DNA of 64,000 nt from Verrucomicrobiota bacterium (GCA_050015635.1 JBEKBA010000001.1:18676-82675), one strand, 5' to 3'. Numbered from the stretch's first letter, positions 17,361-25,151 are shown. Made by a program: numbers and translations. Notes: a model not told the origin generated them from the sequence alone.

Positions 17361-18650
17361 ATGAAAGTCATCCGTCACAGCGACGCGAATTTTCTCCAAA
17401 AGCTTCGCGAAGTCACTGCATCGTCAAGCTTGTTTGATTCGGAAATCGAACAACGCACGCGCGCCATCCTGCACGAGGTTTATGTGCGTGGCGACGACGC
17501 GCTGGTGGAATTTACGGAACGCTTCGACGGCGCAAAACTTTCCGCCGATCAACTCGCCGTGACGCAAGTGGAACTCATGGCCGCGTCGCTCAAGGCGGAT
17601 GAGTCACTTCGCGCGGCGGTCACTGAAGCGGAAAAGAACGTCGCCATGTTTGCTAAAAAATCGCTGCGCAAAAGCTGGCGGATGAAAAATTCGCACGGCG
17701 CGTCAGTTGGCGAAAAATTTGATCCGTTCCAGCGCGTCGGCGTTTACATTCCCGGTGGCACCGCGCCGCTGGTTTCAACCGCGCTGATGACCCTTACGCT
17801 CGCGCGTGTCGCGGGCTGCAAGGAAATCGTCGTCTGCACGCCGTGCGGCAGGGATGGCGGCATCAATTCCGCGCTCCTGTTTGCCGCGCGGACGGCGGGC
17901 GCGACGGAGATTTACCGCGTCGGCGGCGCGCAGGCGATTGCCGCGCTGGCTTACGGCACGAACACGATCCGCCGCGTGCAAAAAGTTTTCGGACCGGGCA
18001 ACGCCTACGTTGTCACCGCCAAACGATTGCTCGTCGGCCGCGTCGCGATTGATCTGCTGCCCGGCCCCAGCGAAGTGCTGGTGCTCGCGGACGACACGGC
18101 GAATCCGAAATTTGCCGCCGCCGATTTGCTCGCGCAGGCCGAACACGGCTCCGGCTACGAACGCATCTGGCTGGTGACAACCTCGGCGAAAATTTTGAAG
18201 GCGGTCGAAAGCGAAATCGCGAAGCAGTTGCCCAAACTCGCGCGACGCGAATTCATCCGGCGCGCGTTGCAAAACAACGGCTGGCTGATTCAAGTCAAAT
18301 CGCTCGAAGACGCGATTGCGCTGACGAATCAGCTTGCGCCGGAGCATTGCGAAGTGATGACACGCAACCCGCGCAAAGTTTCCGGGGGTATCTTGACGGC
18401 AGGCGCAATTTTTCTCGGCGCGTGGTCGCCGACGGCGCTGGGTGATTACGTGGCCGGACCGAGCCACGTGCTGCCGACCGGCGGCGCGGGCGCGTCATTT
18501 GCCGGATTGACCGTGGATCAATTCCAACGCCGCACGAGCGTGGTGGAATACAATCGCGCCTCGCTCAAGAAAGCGCTGAAGACAGTGAAAAAAATTGCGG
18601 AACTTGAAGGCTTGGGCGCGCATGGGAAAAGCGTGGAGATAAGTAAATAA
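17361..18650 (+). CDS. hisD: histidinol dehydrogenase
   Basis: ORF 17361..18650, with GGAQAIAALAYGT, QAEHGSG, APEHCEV and C-terminal GLGAHGKSVEI. Confidence 0.95.
   Translation: MKVIRHSDANFLQKLREVTASSSLFDSEIEQRTRAILHEVYVRGDDALVEFTERFDGAKLSADQLAVTQVELMAASLKADESLRAAVTEAEKNVAMFAKKSLRKSWRMKNSHGASVGEKFDPFQRVGVYIPGGTAPLVSTALMTLTLARVAGCKEIVVCTPCGRDGGINSALLFAARTAGATEIYRVGGAQAIAALAYGTNTIRRVQKVFGPGNAYVVTAKRLLVGRVAIDLLPGPSEVLVLADDTANPKFAAADLLAQAEHGSGYERIWLVTTSAKILKAVESEIAKQLPKLARREFIRRALQNNGWLIQVKSLEDAIALTNQLAPEHCEVMTRNPRKVSGGILTAGAIFLGAWSPTALGDYVAGPSHVLPTGGAGASFAGLTVDQFQRRTSVVEYNRASLKKALKTVKKIAELEGLGAHGKSVEISK
18600..18631 (+). repeat. direct repeat copy 1 (last codons of hisD)
   Basis: The sequence gaacttgaaggcttgggcgcgcatgggaaaag is identical to 18815-18846. 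Confidence 0.9.
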
Positions 18651-18814
18651 ATTATTAACACGAAATGCAAAGAGTGAAATGAGCCAAACACCTCCAAAAA
18701 AATCAAAAACATGGATTGGCGCATCAACAATCTCACATGGACGACTGCGCCGTTTATTAACCCCGAAACTTCGGCAGTCGTGCCAGCAGGTGCGGCAATT
18801 GCTAAATCAAAGGA

Positions 18815-18846
18815 GAACTTGAAGGCTTGGGCGCGCATGGGAAAAG
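18815..18846 (+). repeat. direct repeat copy 2 (orphan copy of the hisD 3-prime end)
   Basis: A perfect 32/32 match to 18600-18631. It lies 183 bp downstream of copy 1, outside hisD. Confidence 0.9.
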
Positions 18847-18875
18847 TGCGAAAGCAATGATTCAAAAAACAGAAC

Positions 18876-19127
18876 ATGAATTCTCAAATTCGACCAGACC
18901 GTCTTTTCCGCTACTTTCCGCCAGACGCATCGGATTTTTTCTCCGCGAAGAAACTTTGGTTTTCCACGCTCAAAGACTTGAATGACCCTTTCGACGCCCT
19001 TCCTAGGTTTGACGTACTGATAGAAAGCGAAAGGCAGCACTCAATTAAGATGGAGCATGCCTTTCTAAACTTTCTGAAAATTCGGATTGAACGCCTTCAC
19101 GCCTTCACCAGTGTTTTCGCGCAATAG
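18876..19127 (+). pseudogene. N-terminal fragment of a DUF2971-like protein
   Basis: ORF 18876..19127 (83 aa). LFRYFPPDASDFFSAKKLWFSTLKDLNDPFD matches the N-terminal signature remembered for DUF2971 (..Y....l.....lwfs....lNDP.E), whose members are about 250-300 aa. The reading frame decays where it meets the 3-prime end of hicB. Confidence 0.45.
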
Positions 19128-19447
19128 CTGTTAAGGCTTTCTCCGGCGGCAAGGGCTTTGGCCGCCAGCCGCCGATGCAACGCCGGTTCAACGCGCAATA
19201 TAAATTTGCCGCTGAAATCACTCACTTTGCCCAACGGTGCGGGCAGCGGGTGTCCATCCGTTTCCAGAATTTCAATCCATTCCTCCACGATCTGACAAAG
19301 TTCGGCATAAACCTTTGCCTCGTCCTTGCCGTGACAGCATTCGCCAATGAGCGGCGGCGCGCTGCCCACAAAACAGCCGTCTTTGTCGCTCCATTCCACA
19401 ATTTTCGTGTAGTGAGCAGCTTTCGCCTTTATTTCGCTCTTTTTCAT
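19097..19447 (-). CDS. hicB: type II toxin-antitoxin system HicB-family antitoxin
   Basis: ORF 19097..19447. It has the HicB N-terminal fold pattern (YTKIVEWSDKDGCFVGSAPPLIGECCHGKDEAKVYAEL) and a C-terminal RHH-like segment (KFILRVEPALHRRLAAKALAAGESLNSY). It overlaps the hicA stop by 4 nt. Confidence 0.88.
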   Translation of the reverse strand: MKKSEIKAKAAHYTKIVEWSDKDGCFVGSAPPLIGECCHGKDEAKVYAELCQIVEEWIEILETDGHPLPAPLGKVSDFSGKFILRVEPALHRRLAAKALAAGESLNSYCAKTLVKA

Positions 19448-19638
19448 TTCTGCGATTCCTCAATTCTCTGCCGCACTTGCCGTTCCTGATAGGGTTGCGC
19501 GTCGTGACCGGGATTGCCGCTCAACGTGACACGCGCGCCTGTCGGATGAATAAAATTCCGATGACTGCCCTTGCCGCCCCGGTTCACAAACCCCGCCCGC
19601 TCCAACTCGGCAATCAATTGTCGAACCTTGCGCGGCAT
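19444..19638 (-). CDS. hicA: type II toxin-antitoxin system HicA-family mRNA interferase toxin
   Basis: ORF 19444..19638. MPRKVRQLIAELERAGFVNRGGKGSHRNFIHPTG is typical of HicA/YcfA. Confidence 0.88.
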   Translation of the reverse strand: MPRKVRQLIAELERAGFVNRGGKGSHRNFIHPTGARVTLSGNPGHDAQPYQERQVRQRIEESQK

Positions 19639-19640
19639 TT

Positions 19641-19658
19641 CAGTATCGAATCAGTATC
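19641..19658. promoter_or_regulatory. direct repeat cagtatc-N4-cagtatc abutting the hicA start (candidate HicB operator)
   Basis: cagtatc at 19641-19647 recurs at 19652-19658, starting 3 nt upstream of the hicA ATG on the minus strand. Confidence 0.3.
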
Positions 19659-19823
19659 ACCTTCAATACCATAATGCAACGCTGTGAAACGTCAAGAAAC
19701 TGAATTTTCTTCTCAAATTCCACTTGATGCCGCAAACCGCTAATTCTTGGCTTGCCGGATGCTGTTTGTTTCAATCGTGAGCGTCTCAAAAAATGAATGT
19801 AACCCTTGAACTGATTAACTGCC

Positions 19824-21308
19824 ATGAACAACGGACACCCCTTGAACAACGGCGAAAACCGCAACAAGTTTCCGCTGGTGCGAAAGCCGGCCAGTGCGGT
19901 TGAAAAAGCCGCGCCCGGCGCGAAGCGTATTTTGTCCGGCATGGTTGCGGACACTCTCGCGCTGACAAAAAATAAGAAGCGGAAAAAACTGCGAATCGTT
20001 GTTCTGGATGATGAAGAAGGTGCGAGACAAGGATGCGTAGCAATGCTCAAATCCTGCTGGCCAAATGGGGCAGAAATACTGGAATTTGGAGACTCTCTTG
20101 ACGCTTGGCAGGAATTGTCACGCACTGACCCCGATCTTTTCATAACAGATATTCGGCACGCTGGAATTTCATGCACAGAAATGTTGACGCGACTGGCCGC
20201 AAGAAAAATTAAATATCCTATCTTGGTTATATCTGCATCACATATGTTTGATGTTGATACCCTGCGCGGATGGGGATCGGGTCTCAACGTCTCATTTCTG
20301 TCCAAACCTATCACTGTTAAACAGTTCCATGCGGCTATTGAAACAGCTTTGAAAATCAAAATCACGCGCGATGCTGCGATGCGGGATGAAACCATGTCAA
20401 TCGAGTCGCGTTCATTCAAACGGCGCGGCACGCTGCTGGTCGTGGACGACGAGGAAGGCGTCCGCGAGTCCATGCGCGTGATTTTCGAGGACGAATACGA
20501 TTTATTCATGGCCGAGGACGGGGTGACGGCCATCAAGCTCGCGCAGGAAAATGACATTGATGTGGTCGTGACGAATATCCATATGCCCGGAATGTCAGGC
20601 ATCGAGTTGTTGAAGCCGCTCAAATACAGAAGGCCAGACATCGAGGTGATAATGATGACGGGGATGGACACAACCGACACCCGCCGCATGGCCTTGCGGC
20701 TGGGGGCATGTGATTTCATCAACAAGCCATTTGATGCAACGACCATTCGCGCCGCCGTCAGCAAGGCGATGCAGCGTCGCACGCTCGAAAGCGAAATAAC
20801 AGCAGCGCAGAAAAAATCTAGCAGTAACACAGAAAAAATTCCAGACCAACCGCCTCAAACGCACCCGCTCAAAATTATTCCGTTGGATTACGAGAACATA
20901 GTGGGTGAATTCACTGATTTCCTCGCCTCTCACTCGCCTCTAATTGGTGACTGTAGCTTGCTGCCATACCCTAAGAAGACCATTCATTATGCAATTGCCT
21001 CGGTCTTGAATGACTACGAAAGCAAACGGGAGGACACCACGAATCAAGCCCTTTTAGAAAAATACGAAAAGATTATTCCGACCCTCCGGTATGCTCTTAC
21101 GCGACTTGTCAACGACTGGCAGGAGATTGACCCGGAGGATAAGGAGGCAATCGCAAAACTTAGCCGATTCGACACGTTGCCCGACTGGGCACTACCATTA
21201 AAACTGAAATACCTTGATGACGAAAGAGCAAGGAATGAGGCCTGCGAAATGGCAATCCAAGTAATAAAGGACAAAGTTGAACGTGAGAAGAACAGTGCTG
21301 ATTTCTAA
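19824..21308 (+). CDS. two-receiver-domain protein (REC + Asn-substituted pseudo-REC) with an unassigned C-terminal domain of about 170 aa
   Basis: ORF 19824..21308. REC1 reads LRIVVLDDEE...DLFITDIRH...LSKP. REC2 reads LLVVDDEEG...DVVVTNIHMPGMSG...MMTG...NKPF, with Asn at the phospho-acceptor position. I did not recognise the C-terminal region. Confidence 0.8.
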   Translation: MNNGHPLNNGENRNKFPLVRKPASAVEKAAPGAKRILSGMVADTLALTKNKKRKKLRIVVLDDEEGARQGCVAMLKSCWPNGAEILEFGDSLDAWQELSRTDPDLFITDIRHAGISCTEMLTRLAARKIKYPILVISASHMFDVDTLRGWGSGLNVSFLSKPITVKQFHAAIETALKIKITRDAAMRDETMSIESRSFKRRGTLLVVDDEEGVRESMRVIFEDEYDLFMAEDGVTAIKLAQENDIDVVVTNIHMPGMSGIELLKPLKYRRPDIEVIMMTGMDTTDTRRMALRLGACDFINKPFDATTIRAAVSKAMQRRTLESEITAAQKKSSSNTEKIPDQPPQTHPLKIIPLDYENIVGEFTDFLASHSPLIGDCSLLPYPKKTIHYAIASVLNDYESKREDTTNQALLEKYEKIIPTLRYALTRLVNDWQEIDPEDKEAIAKLSRFDTLPDWALPLKLKYLDDERARNEACEMAIQVIKDKVEREKNSADF

Positions 21309-21317
21309 AAATCAATC

Positions 21318-22148
21318 GTGTCAACCAAACCTGTCATCTACACAAACCCAGAGTTGGAGCAATTGCGTCAGCTTGTGGCCGGGGCGCGCTCGCAGTTGGC
21401 GGAATTGGAAGTTGAATACACCAAAGAGAAATCGCGCGTGGACGTGGTGCAGGCGGCGTTGTTCCGGCTTTTGCGCGAACATTATCATAAACGCGATAGG
21501 CTACGTCTCACGGTGGATTACCGGCGAAAGTTTTTGGACGCGCTCATGCGCGGCGACGAAAAGGAAGCAAAACAGGCCGAGAAAAATTTTGAGCAGGCCA
21601 ACACGCAATCGGACAGAGATTACGAAGAATTGTCGGCAGCGGCGGACAAAAAACAGAATTTGACCACCGAGCAGGAAGCCGAGTTGATGCAGCTCTGGAA
21701 AAAGCTGGTGAAACTGTATCATCCCGACCGTTTCGCCAACGAGCCGGACAAACTGGAAACATATAATAAACTGACTGCCGCGATCAATCGGGCAAAAGAC
21801 AGCGGCGACATTGAGACGTTGCGGGAGATTGCAGAAGACCCGCAAGGTTTCATACTGCGTCAAGGCTGGGCGAGTCTTGATTTCGGCGACACGGAAGAAC
21901 TGGCTCAATTGTGCCGGTTGCACGAAACGTTGCAAAAGGAAATTGCCGCCGTCACGGAATCGCTAAAGCAGTTGCGCGAAAGTCCCGATTACGAACTTTG
22001 CCAGTTGGCGGAGCAGAAGCCGGGCATTTTGGACGAACTGGCGACGGAACGGGCGAAGCAGCTTGAAATTGAAAATGCGGAGTTGGAAAATCAGGCTGAA
22101 CGGCTAGCGAAGGAGATTAAGAAATTGTCAGGCAAGTCGGCAGAATGA
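21318..22148 (+). CDS. J-domain (DnaJ-like) protein with flanking coiled-coil regions
   Basis: ORF 21318..22148 with a GTG start 9 nt after the upstream stop. The J-domain core is LMQLWKKLVKLYHPDRFANEPDKLETYNKLTAAINRAK (HPD motif). Both flanks are heptad-like and E/K/Q-rich. Confidence 0.8.
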   Translation: MSTKPVIYTNPELEQLRQLVAGARSQLAELEVEYTKEKSRVDVVQAALFRLLREHYHKRDRLRLTVDYRRKFLDALMRGDEKEAKQAEKNFEQANTQSDRDYEELSAAADKKQNLTTEQEAELMQLWKKLVKLYHPDRFANEPDKLETYNKLTAAINRAKDSGDIETLREIAEDPQGFILRQGWASLDFGDTEELAQLCRLHETLQKEIAAVTESLKQLRESPDYELCQLAEQKPGILDELATERAKQLEIENAELENQAERLAKEIKKLSGKSAE

Positions 22149-22195
22149 ATGATTTAGTTTTTTTTTGCAGTTGAGAATTCACTTTGAAATTTAGA

Positions 22196-23344
22196 ATGAG
22201 CAAAACGAGTTTGAAAAATTTAATCCGTCCGCTTGTGCGCGATTTGCACCCTTACGTCTATGGCGAGCAGCCGAAAATCAAGGGACTGATCAAACTCAAC
22301 ACGAACGAGAATCCGTATCCGCCCTCGCCGAAAGTTCTGGCAGCGGTGAAAAAAGCGACGGATACGCGGCTGCGGCTGTATCCGAGTCCGACGGCGCAGG
22401 CGTTACGCGAAAAACTGGCGAAGTTGCATGGCTGCCACGCAGACAACCTTATCGTCGGCAACGGGTCGGATGAATTGCTGGCGCTGGCCACGCGGGCGTT
22501 TGTGGAGCCGGTATGGACGGCGCGCTGCGGTCCTTGCAGGCTGCCACCAAGGTCATCGCAGCGCGATGGCCCCATCAATATTGTTCAGTATTTCACGCCG
22601 AGCTATTCGCTTTATCCGGTGCTGGCGGACATTCATGGTGCACGAAAAAATCCCGTGCCGCTTAAGCCGGATTTCAGTTTACCGACCGTCGCGGAATTGA
22701 AGCGTGGTAAGGTTTGGGACTTTCGCGCGGCGCTGACTTTTGTCACCACGCCAAACGCGCCGAGCGGACGCGGGTATAAAACATCGGAGTTGGAAAAACT
22801 TTGCCGCGTGCAGAAAAGCGTCGTCGTTCTTGATGAGGCTTATGTGGATTTAGCCAATGAAAACGCGCTGAAACTGGCGCTGAAGTTTTCGCACGTTCTC
22901 GTCGCGCGAACTTTTTCCAAGGCATATTCGCTTTGCTTTCAACGCATCGGATATTTCGTCGGGCATCCCGACCTCATCGCGGCGTTGCACAAAATCCGCG
23001 ACAGTTACAACGTGAACGGCCTCGGTCAGGTTGCAGCCGAAGCAACGTTAAATGATTTAAAATACTACCGTGCAAATTTCAAAAAAATTATTATGACGCG
23101 CGAATGGTTGAGCCGTGAGTTGACGAAAATGGGCTTCCGCGTTTTTCCGAGCCGGACGAATTTCATTCTAGCCATTCCACCGTGTTTTCCAGCGAAGTTA
23201 TGGCTGGAAAAGTTGCGTGAACAAAAAATTCTAGTGCGCTGGTTCAATTTTCCCGAAGTAAAAAAGTATCTGCGCATCACCATTGGCACGCAGGTGGAAG
23301 TGGAGGCGCTGATTGAAGCGGCGCGGAAAATTTTGGCGGGTTAG
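22196..23344 (+). CDS. hisC: histidinol-phosphate aminotransferase
   Basis: This is the ATG 22196 sub-ORF of 22184..23344, with LNTNENPYPPSP, LDEAYVD, the PLP lysine context TFSKAY, and LRITIGT. Confidence 0.9.
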   Translation: MSKTSLKNLIRPLVRDLHPYVYGEQPKIKGLIKLNTNENPYPPSPKVLAAVKKATDTRLRLYPSPTAQALREKLAKLHGCHADNLIVGNGSDELLALATRAFVEPVWTARCGPCRLPPRSSQRDGPINIVQYFTPSYSLYPVLADIHGARKNPVPLKPDFSLPTVAELKRGKVWDFRAALTFVTTPNAPSGRGYKTSELEKLCRVQKSVVVLDEAYVDLANENALKLALKFSHVLVARTFSKAYSLCFQRIGYFVGHPDLIAALHKIRDSYNVNGLGQVAAEATLNDLKYYRANFKKIIMTREWLSRELTKMGFRVFPSRTNFILAIPPCFPAKLWLEKLREQKILVRWFNFPEVKKYLRITIGTQVEVEALIEAARKILAG

Positions 23345-23367
23345 CGCTTTGGCTGGAAAGCTTTTCT

Positions 23368-23396
23368 TTGCCGCGCGCGCGCGTTTTTGCTAAAAG
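23368..23396 (+). promoter_or_regulatory. putative promoter (leaderless geometry) of the ExeA-like ATPase gene
   Basis: TTGCCG (23368-23373), 17 nt spacer containing (CG)6, TAAAAG (23391-23396), then 6 nt to GTG 23403. Confidence 0.35.
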
Positions 23397-23402
23397 CCGC
23401 GT

Positions 23403-24218
23403 GTGTATTTGGAATATTACGGGTTGCAGCGTCCGCCGTTCGACATCACGCCCGATCCGCGCTTTCTGTTTCACAGCGCGAAACATCGCGAGGCGTTGAA
23501 TCATTTGCTTTACGGCATTCGCGAGCGCAAGGGCTTTGTGCAACTCACCGGCGAGATCGGCGCGGGCAAGACGACACTTTGCCGCGCATTGCTCGAACAA
23601 CTTGACCCGCGCTTCTCCACCGCGCTCATCCTCAATCCCGCGCTGAACGCGGATGAATTGATAAAGGCCATTGCGACGGAATTCCGTCTTCCGGTCAACG
23701 GCTTTGACCGCCTGGAAACCATCGCGGTCTTCAACGAATTCTTATTGAGCCAGACTGAACGCGGCCTCGAAACCGTGCTGATCATTGACGAAGCGCAAAA
23801 TCTGACCGAGGAATTGCTCGAACAGGTCCGACTGCTCTCGAACATTGAGACCGACAACCGCAAGTTGTTGCAAATCGTTTTGATGGGGCAGCCGGAATTG
23901 CGCGATCGCCTCAATGGCCCGCGCCTGCGCCAATTGCGCCAGCGCATCACGGTGCGCTACCACCTCGCGTCGCTCACGCGCTTTGAAGTCGGCCAATACA
24001 TCCGGCATCGCCTCGAACTTGCCGGTGCGAACGGCGCGCCGACTTTCACGCGCCCCGCGCTCTGGCGGATTTATTTTTACAGCGGCGGCATCCCGCGCCT
24101 CGTCAATGCCGTCTGCGACAAGGCGTTGCTGGCCGGGTTTGTCGGGAAATCCAAACGCATCACGAGCAAAATGATCGGCCGCGCCACCCGCGAACTGGAG
24201 GGAGACATCCACACGTGA
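23403..24218 (+). CDS. ExeA-like AAA ATPase (PEP-CTERM-locus secretion ATPase type)
   Basis: ORF 23403..24218. It begins MYLEYYGLQRPPF, with Walker A GEIGAGKTTL, Walker B LIIDEAQNL, and the pattern of ExeA/GspA-like ATPases. Confidence 0.85.
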   Translation: MYLEYYGLQRPPFDITPDPRFLFHSAKHREALNHLLYGIRERKGFVQLTGEIGAGKTTLCRALLEQLDPRFSTALILNPALNADELIKAIATEFRLPVNGFDRLETIAVFNEFLLSQTERGLETVLIIDEAQNLTEELLEQVRLLSNIETDNRKLLQIVLMGQPELRDRLNGPRLRQLRQRITVRYHLASLTRFEVGQYIRHRLELAGANGAPTFTRPALWRIYFYSGGIPRLVNAVCDKALLAGFVGKSKRITSKMIGRATRELEGDIHT

Positions 24219-24457
24219 GCCTCATCAACGATGCGCTCAAACGCGCCCAGGCCGCGCAACAAGAAACTTCGCCGCCGGTCGCGCCGCCGCTGCCGCCGGT
24301 TGAAGTCAAACCACGTGGCGGCACGGGTTGGTTTCTGCCGTTGCTCGTGATTTTATTTCTCGCCGCTGCCTGTTTTTTCATCGGAATGGCGTTTGCGAGA
24401 CGCACGCCACCGCCGTTCGCAACTGTCCCGGAAAAAATCCTGAACCCCGGCAAATAA
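24215..24457 (+). CDS. small single-pass membrane protein coupled to the ExeA-like ATPase
   Basis: ORF 24215..24457. Its GTG overlaps the upstream stop (GTGA). The protein has MSLINDALKRAQ, a Pro-rich stretch, and one TM helix (WFLPLLVILFLAAACFFIGMAF). Confidence 0.6.
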   Translation: MSLINDALKRAQAAQQETSPPVAPPLPPVEVKPRGGTGWFLPLLVILFLAAACFFIGMAFARRTPPPFATVPEKILNPGK

Positions 24458-24478
24458 AACTCATCCCGTATTTTTCGC

Positions 24479-25147
24479 GTGCGCCTTTCAGGGAAATATT
24501 TTGCTGCTTCGCCGGTTGTCGCCCGCGTCGCGCCCTTCTTGATTTTTCTCGCGCTCACTGTTTGCCAGGGAAAATTCGGCGCCGCCTCGGCCTACTGGTT
24601 TTATTTCGTAAAAACAATCGTCGCTGTGTGGCTGATTTGGGAAATGCGCCCGTTAGTTGCCGAAATGCGCTGGGCGTTTGGTTGGGAGGCAATTCTCGTT
24701 GGCGTTGCTGTCTTTGCGATTTGGGTCGGACTCGATCCGTTTTACCGGCACCTCGGCAAATTCGGCGCGCCGTGGAATCCGAATGAGCAATTCGGCAACG
24801 GCTCAACGCTCGCGTGGCTGATGATTGTGACGCGAATTCTCGGTTCGACGTTTTTTGTCCCGCCGTTGGAGGAAGTTTTTTACCGTTCGTTTTTATATCG
24901 CTATCTTGCGCGGCAAGATTTTCTATCCGAGCCGCTCAACCGTTTTTTGCCGTGGCCGTTTTTGGCGACGGCAGCCATTTTTGGTTTTTCACACAGCGAA
25001 TGGCTGGCGGGAATTTTATGCGGCATGGCTTATCAATGGTTGGTGTTTCGCAAAAACCGGCTGGGCGATGCGATGACGGCGCACGCGATCACAAATTTTC
25101 TGCTCGGCGTGTGGATTGTCTGGAAACACGCATGGCATTTTTGGTGA
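24479..25147 (+). CDS. CPBP (CAAX-protease-like) family intramembrane glutamic protease
   Basis: ORF 24479..25147. It has the motifs EEVFYRSF, FGFSHSEW and HAITNF in a polytopic membrane protein. Confidence 0.85.
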   Translation: MRLSGKYFAASPVVARVAPFLIFLALTVCQGKFGAASAYWFYFVKTIVAVWLIWEMRPLVAEMRWAFGWEAILVGVAVFAIWVGLDPFYRHLGKFGAPWNPNEQFGNGSTLAWLMIVTRILGSTFFVPPLEEVFYRSFLYRYLARQDFLSEPLNRFLPWPFLATAAIFGFSHSEWLAGILCGMAYQWLVFRKNRLGDAMTAHAITNFLLGVWIVWKHAWHFW

Positions 25148-25151
25148 CGCG

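Noticed and set aside
19640-20830. A 396-aa ORF antisense to the REC-REC gene. It is striking because this region is not GC-rich.
   Set aside because: The product is a Ser/Ile-rich low-complexity mirror of the Asp/Glu-rich receiver-domain frame. It would overlap the hicA promoter region and has no motif. The sense strand has two unmistakable receiver domains.
23372-23383. An alternating (CG)6 tract after hisC, considered as a Z-DNA element or terminator.
   Set aside because: It is too short and has no loop, so it cannot form a convincing hairpin terminator. It falls inside the spacer of the predicted ExeA-like promoter. I have no evidence for a separate function.
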